64,000 nucleotides of DNA, taken from a virus. The translations under genes and the position numbers were made by a program. The stretch spans positions 1-64,000 of the IMG/VR virus record IMGVR_UViG_3300024346_000041; one strand, given 5' to 3'. Position 1 is the stretch's first letter. The number at the start of each line of letters is the position of its first letter. The notes under the pieces were generated by a model that was given only the letters and a program-made list of their open reading frames with translations, did no database searches and was not told where the DNA came from. Shown here one piece after another: positions 35,373 through 44,394 of this stretch.

Positions 35373-37487
35373 ATGAAACTTGAAAAGCTTCGCTTACGTA
35401 ATTTCTGTCAGCATCAAGAACTTGATTGGACTTTTCTTGATGGCATAACCGCCATCACAGGACCTAATGGCGGAGGAAAGTCTAACGCTATTAAGGGAGC
35501 ATACGCAGCCCTTACTGGAGACTTCAAGAGAAATGAAGGTGTTCTATCAGAGAACATTAATAAAATATGCTCAGATAAAGATGAGTCATTTGTAGAGCTA
35601 ACGTTTTCTACAACAGGCGGCAGGGCTGTTATAAAGAGAAACCTGAGACCTAACAAGCGGTCTTTAATTATAAACTCTATGCCTCCACTTACTGGGGACA
35701 GAGAGGTTACTACTGCTATTGAGGGCTTGGTTGGGGTAAGCTCTAACATATTGTCTGACTACATCTTTGTAGACCAATGGCAAATGTTCAGCATATTTAC
35801 TTTACCTAAGTCTGACAGGCTTTCAGCGCTGCAGTCACTATACGGTTTAGACAAAGCAGAGCTTTGTTACGATGAGATAAATAAATATTCATCTAAGATA
35901 TTAGTTCAGGTTCCATCTGAGACCGTAGAGTCCGTATTAGCGCAGATACGAGAGAAGACTTTACTACTTGAATCTATATCGCAATCTTTGAAGGAAGTGT
36001 CTTTAAACGTAGTAGACGACACTAAGCTTCAAAAAGACCTTAGCGAAGTAAGAAGAAAGAAAGATGTAAAACATGACATTAACAAGTGTTCAGAAAGTTT
36101 AAGTTTAGTTTTGTCTGATCTAAGTCAGGCAGAAGAAGCTAGGCCCCCTCTTTCAGCAAAGGTTGATGATCTGTCTTTAGTTAAGGACTCAGATGCGGCT
36201 TTAGCTGAGTATAAAAAGCATCAGTATCAGTGGGGTCTTATACATAAGTACGACAGCAGCAAAGCAGCTAATGAGGCTCAGCTTGCTATAGTTGAAGAAA
36301 GCATATCAGTACTAGTTGCGTCTGCTCCTATAAAGCCATCTCCCTACATAGAGTCTAGTGGTTTAGATTTTGAGAAGTACTCACAGTCTGCTGGGGCTTT
36401 AGAGGCCAAGAAGCAGAACTTACTTCAGCTTACTTCAAAGAAAGAATGCCCTGTATGCGGCACCACCGGAGAAGTACTGTTAGCTGCAATAGACGCTATA
36501 TCTAAACACCTAGTGGAGACGTCTCCACTAGTAGATCATATGAAGAAGCAATATCAGCTTAGTAGAGAGTACGACACTGCTAACTACAAGCACTCTTCAG
36601 ACTTAGCTGGGCTTAACAGTAAGCTTGAGCTGATTAAACTAAGGCTTCAGGCTGAAAGACCTGAGCAGCCTTCTGTCTCTGAAGACGAGGTTAATAAGTT
36701 TATTTCTACCTTTACTGAGCTTAGAACATCTTATGAGTCTTTGTCATCAAAGCTTTCTGCTTTAGACTTTTCAATAACTTCTTTAAAAGCAACCAGAGAC
36801 TCACTTTTGTCTCAGATTGAAACTAGAAGTAAAGAGTGCAACGTAAGTGAAGACTATTGCATGCAAGAAAGAGTATTGTGTGATAGCATCAATTTAGTAA
36901 ATCAAGACAGAGAAAAGAAAATACGATTTGAAGAGCAATCAAAAGCAACTGTTGAAACTTTAGATTACTTATACAATAGAAGAGATAAGCTGGTTGGAGA
37001 CATAGAAGAAGCTAGGGTTAATAAAGTTGCTAAGGATCATTTTGAAAATCTTAAAGAAGTTATGCATAAGTCTAACTTACCGAAGAGACTTACGGTAAAC
37101 TACTTAAAGAGGACAGTGATTAAGTTGAATGAGTATCTAGAAGACTTTAACGCTCCGTTCAGAGTTTACTCTGATGATGAGTTGGTCTTCTGGGCAAAGT
37201 TTAATGACGGAAGAGATTTACCAGCTGCTAGATTGTCAGGCGGTGAGAAGGTTGTTCTGGCTCTTGCATTCAGGCTAGCTGTTCAGTTTGGAGTAGCTTC
37301 AGGTGTAAACCTGTTAGTACTTGATGAACCAACCGTAGGTCTAGACGATGACAACATCGAATGTTTAGACACAGCTTTCAATAGACTAAGAGCTATGTCT
37401 AAGTCCTCTGGACTGCAAGTTATTGTAGTCAGTCACGAGAAAGCTATGGAGCGCATGTGCGATCATACGCTGACTCTTTATAAATAG
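35373..37487 (+). CDS. sbcC: SbcC/Rad50-like SMC ATPase
   Basis: LRNFCQH, Walker A GPNGGGKS, coiled coil with zinc hook CPVCG, LSGGE, LVLDEPT, VVSH. Confidence 0.92.
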   Translation: MKLEKLRLRNFCQHQELDWTFLDGITAITGPNGGGKSNAIKGAYAALTGDFKRNEGVLSENINKICSDKDESFVELTFSTTGGRAVIKRNLRPNKRSLIINSMPPLTGDREVTTAIEGLVGVSSNILSDYIFVDQWQMFSIFTLPKSDRLSALQSLYGLDKAELCYDEINKYSSKILVQVPSETVESVLAQIREKTLLLESISQSLKEVSLNVVDDTKLQKDLSEVRRKKDVKHDINKCSESLSLVLSDLSQAEEARPPLSAKVDDLSLVKDSDAALAEYKKHQYQWGLIHKYDSSKAANEAQLAIVEESISVLVASAPIKPSPYIESSGLDFEKYSQSAGALEAKKQNLLQLTSKKECPVCGTTGEVLLAAIDAISKHLVETSPLVDHMKKQYQLSREYDTANYKHSSDLAGLNSKLELIKLRLQAERPEQPSVSEDEVNKFISTFTELRTSYESLSSKLSALDFSITSLKATRDSLLSQIETRSKECNVSEDYCMQERVLCDSINLVNQDREKKIRFEEQSKATVETLDYLYNRRDKLVGDIEEARVNKVAKDHFENLKEVMHKSNLPKRLTVNYLKRTVIKLNEYLEDFNAPFRVYSDDELVFWAKFNDGRDLPAARLSGGEKVVLALAFRLAVQFGVASGVNLLVLDEPTVGLDDDNIECLDTAFNRLRAMSKSSGLQVIVVSHEKAMERMCDHTLTLYK
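36510..36531. repeat. Dispersed palindrome copy 5: CTAGTGGAGACGTCTCCACTAG (22 bp)
   Basis: Identical to copy 1; inside the sbcC coiled coil. Confidence 0.95.
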
Positions 37488-37494
37488 GTGATAG

Positions 37495-38409
37495 ATGGGT
37501 ACAACAGTAGAAGGTTCGGTTTTCAAGCTTGCCTTAGACAGCAACAGTGAGGTGTGGGTTATAGAAGGCGACAGAATGCCTTACAGCACTAAGCTTACTG
37601 TTGAGGGTTACATAGACAAGCTTGAGACCTCTGGAAACTGCCCTGATAAGATTCGTGTTTTAGGTAGTGGTTCAAACGCCGGTATGATTGTAAGATTGTA
37701 CCGGCTTAAAGTTAAGCACAGGCTCAAGTCTCTTGAGATAGGCAGCCCAATCATAGTATCTAACAACGATGCGCCGGCTAATCTTATTAAGATGAGAATG
37801 GCTTCAGCTATTCCGTCTTTAGGTGGTTGGCATGAGGCTGATATGTTAGATTGCGCTTCATACGGGGTTGGGGCTCTTATAAGATCAGAGACAGAAGGCT
37901 CTCACATAAAAGCTTGTGAGCTAATGAAGCAGCATCCTGTATGGAACTATGTAAGCTTCATACCTCATATAGATGACATGTTCTTCACAAAGGTTATGGC
38001 TAGAATAGGTGACCCAAGGTGGTATATAGACCCTAACCATCCATCTAGGCTTTCAAGGTTGTATTCTTGGCTTGGCTTGTGCAATGGACCACAGACTGAC
38101 GATAAGCTTGTAAAGAAGTTTGACGTTTACTCCTGTTGGTCTAAAGGTCTGTCAGCTTCTATATCCGAGATGGCTAGGCCTGGTTGGTTTATTATAAGAG
38201 AAGGCAGTACTAAATGGGCAAACCACAAGCCTTGGGTTAGTTCGTTAAGAATGTCTCAGCTCTTTATCAAGTTTGTACGTATGGCTTGGATGGACAGCAT
38301 ATACCCATATCCAAACCCTTGGATGGAAAAAGTGTTTGATCCAGATCTTTTCTTTTCACAAGAGAAGGATTCAATAGGTCTGGCTATTCACCTGAGCAAG
38401 TTGAAGTAG
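37495..38409 (+). CDS. Degenerate IS110-transposase/Nop-domain-like protein
   Basis: HPVWNYVSFIPHID...VMARIGDPRWY...SRLYSWLGL resembles the Transposase_20/Nop helix-hairpin region; C-terminal SLRMSQLFIKFVRMAW helix. Confidence 0.55.
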   Translation: MGTTVEGSVFKLALDSNSEVWVIEGDRMPYSTKLTVEGYIDKLETSGNCPDKIRVLGSGSNAGMIVRLYRLKVKHRLKSLEIGSPIIVSNNDAPANLIKMRMASAIPSLGGWHEADMLDCASYGVGALIRSETEGSHIKACELMKQHPVWNYVSFIPHIDDMFFTKVMARIGDPRWYIDPNHPSRLSRLYSWLGLCNGPQTDDKLVKKFDVYSCWSKGLSASISEMARPGWFIIREGSTKWANHKPWVSSLRMSQLFIKFVRMAWMDSIYPYPNPWMEKVFDPDLFFSQEKDSIGLAIHLSKLK

Positions 38410-38631
38410 TGTACATGTAAGTTTATTTTTAATATTATTAAGTTTAACTTGCTAGCATGTAACGCTTTGTAATTAATTACAAAACTTGTTTTAAGTTCAG
38501 TAATTGACTCAACTCTACTATCAAAATAGAATCCGAAAGACCTACTTAGTAAAAACAAAAGTAGCAATCACTGGTATTTCCAGAGGTTGCCATAAGCCTA
38601 TTATTTCAAGTTATATTTCGAAGGAGCGATT

Positions 38632-40185
38632 ATGAGTGAAGTTTTATTTACTATAGGTAACTCTCTTTTGCAAGTGTCAGTACCAGGAATGAGTTCTTTG
38701 CCTGAAGATTTATCTAAGAGTTTAGAAAGCAGGCTTTGTTACACTCACAACACATACAACCAGCCTACTTACTTTTCAAAGAAAGGTGGAATAACTACAG
38801 AGATAAGAAGAGTGTTTCAGTATGACGGCCTTAATAACTTAGTTTGCCCAGCTGGGTTTCTATCAAAGATAAAAGCCGATGCAGAACTACTAGGATACAA
38901 GGTTTCAATTGTAGACATAGACAAAGAGTACCACAGCGGACCAGCCTTTAAATACGACATAATGCGGTTGAAGGGAAGGATGGAGCTTAGGGACAAACAG
39001 GATGAGTGCTTGGCAGCTATACTTACTTCTCGCGGCGGTATTATTGTAGGGCCTACAGGCTTTGGCAAAACGTTCATGTTTGCAGCAGTATGTTTAGCTT
39101 ATCCAAACGCCAAGATTCAAATAGTAACTAGAAGAGTAGACGTTATGCGCCGCATTCACTCTGGGTTGTCAAAGTTTATACCTGCTCTTGGAATGGTTGG
39201 TAGCGGAAAGAAGACTTGGGATAGAATCACAGTTATTACTGCTGATAGCATGCATAGGATATCCCACGAAGGCGAAGGTCTGGCAGACATACTTCTTTAC
39301 GATGAAGCACACGAAGCTGTAGCGCCAACGTATCAGCATGAGCTAGGTAAGTTTATGAGGACCCGTAAGTTTGGGTTCACTGCTTCTCCAGACGGAAGAA
39401 TGGATGGAGCTCATTTCATGCTAGAAGCAATATTTGGACCTAGGATATTCGAACTATCATATAGCGACGCTGTAAGTGTAGACCTTGTAGTCCCTATTAA
39501 GGTTGAGTGGGTGTATGTAAAAGGTAATGGCCCAAGCGCATTCTCAGATATGAGCGGAGTCTCTAAGGAGAGATGGGGCATATGGAGAAATGAAGAAAGA
39601 AATAAGGCTATAGCAGCAAAGGCTAGAGAATACGATAACGATGATCAGGTTTTAATTATGGTTAAGTCGATAGAACACGCTATACACCTTAAACAGTTTC
39701 TACCTGAGTTTCAGATGTGTTATGACTCAATGGATCCTGCAGATTACCAATCTTATGTAAACAAAGAACTTATCGATCCAGTTGCTGAGCCTTTAATGAC
39801 ACCTGCTAGAAGAGAAGAGATGAGGCTTGGCTTTGAGAGGGCTACTTTAAAAAAAGTTATAAGCACTGACGTGTGGTCTACAGGTGTAGACTTTGCACAA
39901 CTTTGCGTGTTGATACGAGCAGATGCTAGATCTAGCAAGATAGTAGACATTCAGGCTCCAGGTAGAGTTGCTAGAAAGCATGACGAGTCAGGTAAAAAGT
40001 TTGGTTTGGTTGTTGATTTTATGGATGCCTTCGATTTTACTTTTCTTAATAGAAGTAAGAGTAGAAGAGCAAGCTACAAGCAGATGGGTTGGGCTGAGAA
40101 GTTTATTAAAACAGATGTAGCTAAGACATTTTTTGAAGTAGATATATTAGATGAAGCGTTTGATTCAGTAGATGAAGAACTTTAA
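38632..40185 (+). CDS. Superfamily 2 DEAH-box helicase (UvsW-like)
   Basis: LRDKQ, GPTGFGKT, YDEAH, GFTASP, STGVD, QAPGRVAR. Confidence 0.92.
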   Translation: MSEVLFTIGNSLLQVSVPGMSSLPEDLSKSLESRLCYTHNTYNQPTYFSKKGGITTEIRRVFQYDGLNNLVCPAGFLSKIKADAELLGYKVSIVDIDKEYHSGPAFKYDIMRLKGRMELRDKQDECLAAILTSRGGIIVGPTGFGKTFMFAAVCLAYPNAKIQIVTRRVDVMRRIHSGLSKFIPALGMVGSGKKTWDRITVITADSMHRISHEGEGLADILLYDEAHEAVAPTYQHELGKFMRTRKFGFTASPDGRMDGAHFMLEAIFGPRIFELSYSDAVSVDLVVPIKVEWVYVKGNGPSAFSDMSGVSKERWGIWRNEERNKAIAAKAREYDNDDQVLIMVKSIEHAIHLKQFLPEFQMCYDSMDPADYQSYVNKELIDPVAEPLMTPARREEMRLGFERATLKKVISTDVWSTGVDFAQLCVLIRADARSSKIVDIQAPGRVARKHDESGKKFGLVVDFMDAFDFTFLNRSKSRRASYKQMGWAEKFIKTDVAKTFFEVDILDEAFDSVDEEL

Positions 40186-40211
40186 ACCTTTTTAAAAGAA
40201 TTGAGTACATC

Positions 40212-40955
40212 ATGACAGAAGAAGTTAAGAAGAAAAAATTACAAGAAAAAGGACCTAAGGTATGGGTAATTGTTTTAGGTTATAAGAACATGCCTTCTTG
40301 GAGAAATATTGGCGGAGTAGAACCTTATTTTGAAGACACGATATATTGCCCTACTATTACAAGTGTATCAAAGAAGGTTATAGACAGCATGGCTTATGCG
40401 TCTGGCGGTGACCCTGAGCTCATGAACTTTTTGCTTAAAGACGACTCTCCTGAGTTTAGAAAAATGCTAGCTATATTGATGAGTAATAAATATGCAGTTT
40501 TTAAGTATTCAGATAAGTTTGATACTACTATCACTTTAACTTTAGAGCACATGGAGTGTGTTTATATACAGCCAACCGCTGTTTCAGGTTACCCATCAGT
40601 AGTTGCTGCATCTAATTTCATAGAAGTAACTGCTATTAATGCTTTTATTACAGATGGTGATGTATTTTTAGAAAATGAAAAATTGTTTTTAAATGAAGAA
40701 CCTTACTATGAGGAGTACGAGTTAACTTACTTAAAAATAGACTCCATAGTAGGCATAGCTGATGACTACAATCTTGCAAAAAAGTTTAAAGTAAAGTTTG
40801 GTTCAGACAGTTGTAAACTTGGAAGCACTATCTACACTAATATTCCTAAGTTAAGGTATCTTAGAGTATTAGAGCCTTCGGCTGTTGTCCTAGCTAGGAT
40901 GAGAGCTGTCGAATTTGAGAAGCAAGACATGCTAGCTCTTGAAGGCGTAAAGTAA
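40212..40955 (+). CDS. Hypothetical protein
   Basis: 247-aa ORF in the replication operon. Confidence 0.7.
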   Translation: MTEEVKKKKLQEKGPKVWVIVLGYKNMPSWRNIGGVEPYFEDTIYCPTITSVSKKVIDSMAYASGGDPELMNFLLKDDSPEFRKMLAILMSNKYAVFKYSDKFDTTITLTLEHMECVYIQPTAVSGYPSVVAASNFIEVTAINAFITDGDVFLENEKLFLNEEPYYEEYELTYLKIDSIVGIADDYNLAKKFKVKFGSDSCKLGSTIYTNIPKLRYLRVLEPSAVVLARMRAVEFEKQDMLALEGVK

Positions 40956-41653
40956 TGGAGTCTATTGGAACTTTAGCTCTTGAAGCAAGACGTCTTTATT
41001 GCATGTTTATGCGTGACTACCTCCTAAAGACTAAGGGGGTCGTGTCTAACTACGGTTCCAGAGTAATACCTAATTACGATGGAACCTCTGTTTTAAGACC
41101 TAGGCCAGGAGAGGCTATACTTCATAAATATGGTAAAGACTACAAGCCTGTCTGGCCTTTAATAGCTAAATGTTCAATTGATAACAAAGTTTCATTGATA
41201 GAACTAATAAGAACTCAATTTGATACTTCTATGGGAGGGCCGCCTGCAGCTAGCGCATGTTACACAGAGAGGGCAGTGTCGATAACCAACTCTAGCAGAG
41301 AAGCTGAAAGACAAGAGACTCATAATTTAATAATGTCTTATAAGAAGATTGTTGAGGTTAACCTTGTAAACTCTATGCACCTTATAAAGAACTCTCGTTC
41401 TTTTTTGGACGTCATAGTGAGTAGCGATGTGTCTTGTTTCTTCAAAGTAAACTCTATGATGTTTATGGATGAGTCAGTAGACATACCCTCTAGCATGGTA
41501 AGCACAGCTATTAAAGATTATTTAATGAGAGTCGATGTCTATGGGACAGTTATACCAGACATTATACATAAATTGTTTATAAACAAAGCTCTTTCAGCTT
41601 TAAATCAGGAGAGGTCTAAGCTTCTAATTAATACCAAAAGCATAGTTTTGTAA
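40955..41653 (+). CDS. Hypothetical protein
   Basis: TAATG coupling; directly upstream of the helicase gene. Confidence 0.7.
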   Translation: MESIGTLALEARRLYCMFMRDYLLKTKGVVSNYGSRVIPNYDGTSVLRPRPGEAILHKYGKDYKPVWPLIAKCSIDNKVSLIELIRTQFDTSMGGPPAASACYTERAVSITNSSREAERQETHNLIMSYKKIVEVNLVNSMHLIKNSRSFLDVIVSSDVSCFFKVNSMMFMDESVDIPSSMVSTAIKDYLMRVDVYGTVIPDIIHKLFINKALSALNQERSKLLINTKSIVL

Positions 41654-41665
41654 CACGGAGGTCAT

Positions 41666-43324
41666 ATGCATGATAAATCTGAAAGTTTAGTGGACACCAC
41701 TATAGAGACGGTCTACAGGCTTGATTCAACTACAGTAGACTTTATGGTAAAGCATCTTATAGCTGATCGTCTGCTTATACTTGAGTCATTAGAGTATTTT
41801 AACACAGGATACTTTAGTCATGATGAGCGGGCTTACAGAGTTATCGTTAACGGTATTAAGCTTTACATGAAGACGGTTTACAAAGACCTAACGCTTACAG
41901 CTGAAATATTTAAAACTATAACTATAGATGATGACGAGCTTAGAGGAGGCACTCATGAATCAGCTCAACTTAAGCAGTCTGTGTTTCAAATAATAGACGA
42001 GGCTTTCTTAGTTCCTAAGGACAACATAGAAGCTAACCGTCATATATGTAGAGAGGTTATTCAAAGGTTTTTAACTGAGAGAGGCGTACACGATAAGCTG
42101 TATAGTCACTTTAGTAAGACATCATCTGTTCAATCGGTGTCTAAAGACCCTTCCATATTGTTAGGTCATTTTAGCAAAATATACAACAACTTTAAAGGAG
42201 CTGGCTCATCAGCAATGTGTGAGTCTATTCCAGATGTTTGGAAACCTAACATAGCTATAGGAGCTCCAATGGGACTACCTTACTTTGACAAGTTTATGAC
42301 AGGAGGGGTTGCAGCTGGAGATATTTACGGTCTTCTTGCTGGTACAGGTGCAGGTAAGACTTGGATGGGTATAAACATTATAGCCAACCATTGTTTTACT
42401 GAGCGAGCTAGAGAGATTCTATGTTTAGCTGAAGGAAGGCCTTATAAGCGTAAAGTAGGAGTTTATGCTAACTACGAAGGTAACATAGATTCTATAAGAC
42501 TTAGACTTGCTGCAACTGTGTCTAAAACCCCATTAAATACTATTAAGGCTCACGTTATTAATGGAGCTCTTCTTTCAACTAGTGGCAACCTTAAAGATTA
42601 TGAGCTAAAAAGATACTCAGGAGTTATAGAAGAGGTTCTTAGGATTTCAGAGTCAGATAGGTTTAGGGATACGAAATCCTTAGTTAACACGTATGTTCAA
42701 CTTCTTGACATGAGTGGCTCTGGAGGTACTAAGCTTGGACATGGTTATACCTCTGAGCTTACAGCTCAAGTTGACAAGCTAGTTAACTTTAAGAACGTTG
42801 AGATAGCCTTGATGGTTGTCGACTACGTTAAGCTTATTGTTGACAGGCATATATCAGCTAAGGGTATAAAAGTTGAGAATATGCGCCACTACATACGAAA
42901 GCTTGCTGAGGATGTATCAGTCAATATAGGTCTTAGCTATAACTGCTGCGTTTGGCTTCTGCATCAGCTTAGTGGAGAAGCTAATAGTATTAAAGCTCAT
43001 AAGCCTCTTCATCACTCTATGGCTAGTGAGTGTAAAGATTTTGCTGAGAACTGTCATAGAATGTTCTGCCTTGGGCAGAAGGATTTAAACAGCGGATGTC
43101 AAAGACTTGACGCCACTAAATATAGGGAGGATGAACACACTTCTAAGAATTGTGCAGTTATAAAGTTTGAAGCTGATTCATGTACTTACTCTTTAAACAA
43201 CGAATGGGTAATAGATGAGCAGGCAGGTTTTATAAGGGCTTCATTCTCAGGCAGTTCTATGGATGTCCCAACAAGCCGAAGTTACAAAGCAGCTTCTAAT
43301 GATTACTCTGACAGGGATTCCTAG
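41666..43324 (+). CDS. dnaB: DnaB-like replicative helicase
   Basis: AGTGAGKT, NYEG, MVVDY, LLHQL, KYRE. Confidence 0.85.
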   Translation: MHDKSESLVDTTIETVYRLDSTTVDFMVKHLIADRLLILESLEYFNTGYFSHDERAYRVIVNGIKLYMKTVYKDLTLTAEIFKTITIDDDELRGGTHESAQLKQSVFQIIDEAFLVPKDNIEANRHICREVIQRFLTERGVHDKLYSHFSKTSSVQSVSKDPSILLGHFSKIYNNFKGAGSSAMCESIPDVWKPNIAIGAPMGLPYFDKFMTGGVAAGDIYGLLAGTGAGKTWMGINIIANHCFTERAREILCLAEGRPYKRKVGVYANYEGNIDSIRLRLAATVSKTPLNTIKAHVINGALLSTSGNLKDYELKRYSGVIEEVLRISESDRFRDTKSLVNTYVQLLDMSGSGGTKLGHGYTSELTAQVDKLVNFKNVEIALMVVDYVKLIVDRHISAKGIKVENMRHYIRKLAEDVSVNIGLSYNCCVWLLHQLSGEANSIKAHKPLHHSMASECKDFAENCHRMFCLGQKDLNSGCQRLDATKYREDEHTSKNCAVIKFEADSCTYSLNNEWVIDEQAGFIRASFSGSSMDVPTSRSYKAASNDYSDRDS

Positions 43325-43335
43325 AAAGGAAAGCC

Positions 43336-44394
43336 ATGAGCACTTCGACTAGTTACGATGATGTATTGTGCCCTGAACTATACTTTAAGCTTAAGAAGTT
43401 GTTTGGTCAGGTCTATGTTAATAATAGAGGGGTCGGCATGGTGATGCGCCCCTCATCTAATGGAGAGAGGCCTACCTCTATAGTAAATGGAGAATATTAC
43501 AGGGTCTGCTGCCCTTTTTGTAAAGAGACAAGACATAGGTTGTACATAAACCATAGATGGTTTGAATATAGGCATATGGCAAACTGTTTTAACGAGACAG
43601 CATGTACTAGAGGCGAGTTAGGTAAGCTTAACCTAGACCAGCTTCACATGTGGCTTTTTAACACGTCTTCTAAGATAACTCTTTCAGTAGTTGATAAGCC
43701 TATGTCTTCTGAAGCATTGATTTCACTTACTGAGTGCAGAGCTCCTGAAAGGCTTACAAGTCTATCGGCTCTTAGTAAGGACCACGAAGCCGTAAAGTAT
43801 GTTGAGTCTAGAGGGTACAATCCAGTCGTGCTTGATAAGTACTTAGGCGTAGGCTGGATAGACGATATGGCGATTCCAACTCTTAAGGAACGTTTGTACA
43901 TACCTATATTTCAAGGCTCAAAGCTAATGGGTTATCAAGCAAGAATAATTTACGATGACCCATTGAAAAAGAAGCAGAAGTATATAAACCCAGTCGGAAT
44001 GAAGAAGTCTATGCTTCTTTATAACATAGACAATGCAAAGCTACAGCCAATGATAGTAGTCTGCGAAGGTCCTATAGATGTTTGGTCTGTAGGTCCAGCA
44101 GGTGTCGCTATTTTTGGAAGTGATTGCAGCTCTGGGCAGCTTGCTTTGATAGGGCAGAATTTTAATGGCAAGCCCATAGCTATAGCTTTGGATGGAGACG
44201 TAGCTTACAAAGCTGAGTCTTTAGTTGACAAGCTTCAGCAGGCAGCTCCAAGGTCTAAGATTATAAGAGTTAATATGGCTAAGGATGAAGACCCTGGTTC
44301 TTTAAAGATGGAGTTGTGGAGACGTCTCCAATCTCAGTTTCAAGACATAGGAGAAGCGATGCCAGAAGTATCAAAGGAGTGGCCTAATGATTGA
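43336..44394 (+). CDS. dnaG: DnaG-type (TOPRIM) DNA primase
   Basis: Zn finger CCPFC...CFN, Y.ESRG, YQAR, KYINP, VCEGPID, ALDGD, DPG. Confidence 0.88.
   Translation: MSTSTSYDDVLCPELYFKLKKLFGQVYVNNRGVGMVMRPSSNGERPTSIVNGEYYRVCCPFCKETRHRLYINHRWFEYRHMANCFNETACTRGELGKLNLDQLHMWLFNTSSKITLSVVDKPMSSEALISLTECRAPERLTSLSALSKDHEAVKYVESRGYNPVVLDKYLGVGWIDDMAIPTLKERLYIPIFQGSKLMGYQARIIYDDPLKKKQKYINPVGMKKSMLLYNIDNAKLQPMIVVCEGPIDVWSVGPAGVAIFGSDCSSGQLALIGQNFNGKPIAIALDGDVAYKAESLVDKLQQAAPRSKIIRVNMAKDEDPGSLKMELWRRLQSQFQDIGEAMPEVSKEWPND
44317..44330. repeat. Dispersed palindrome copy 6: TGGAGACGTCTCCA (14 bp)
   Basis: Inside the primase gene, read as WRRLQ (third frame). Confidence 0.95.

Noticed and set aside
38410-38631. 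Possible TIGR or CRISPR array next to the Nop/IS110-like gene
   Set aside because: No periodic repeat-spacer structure is visible.
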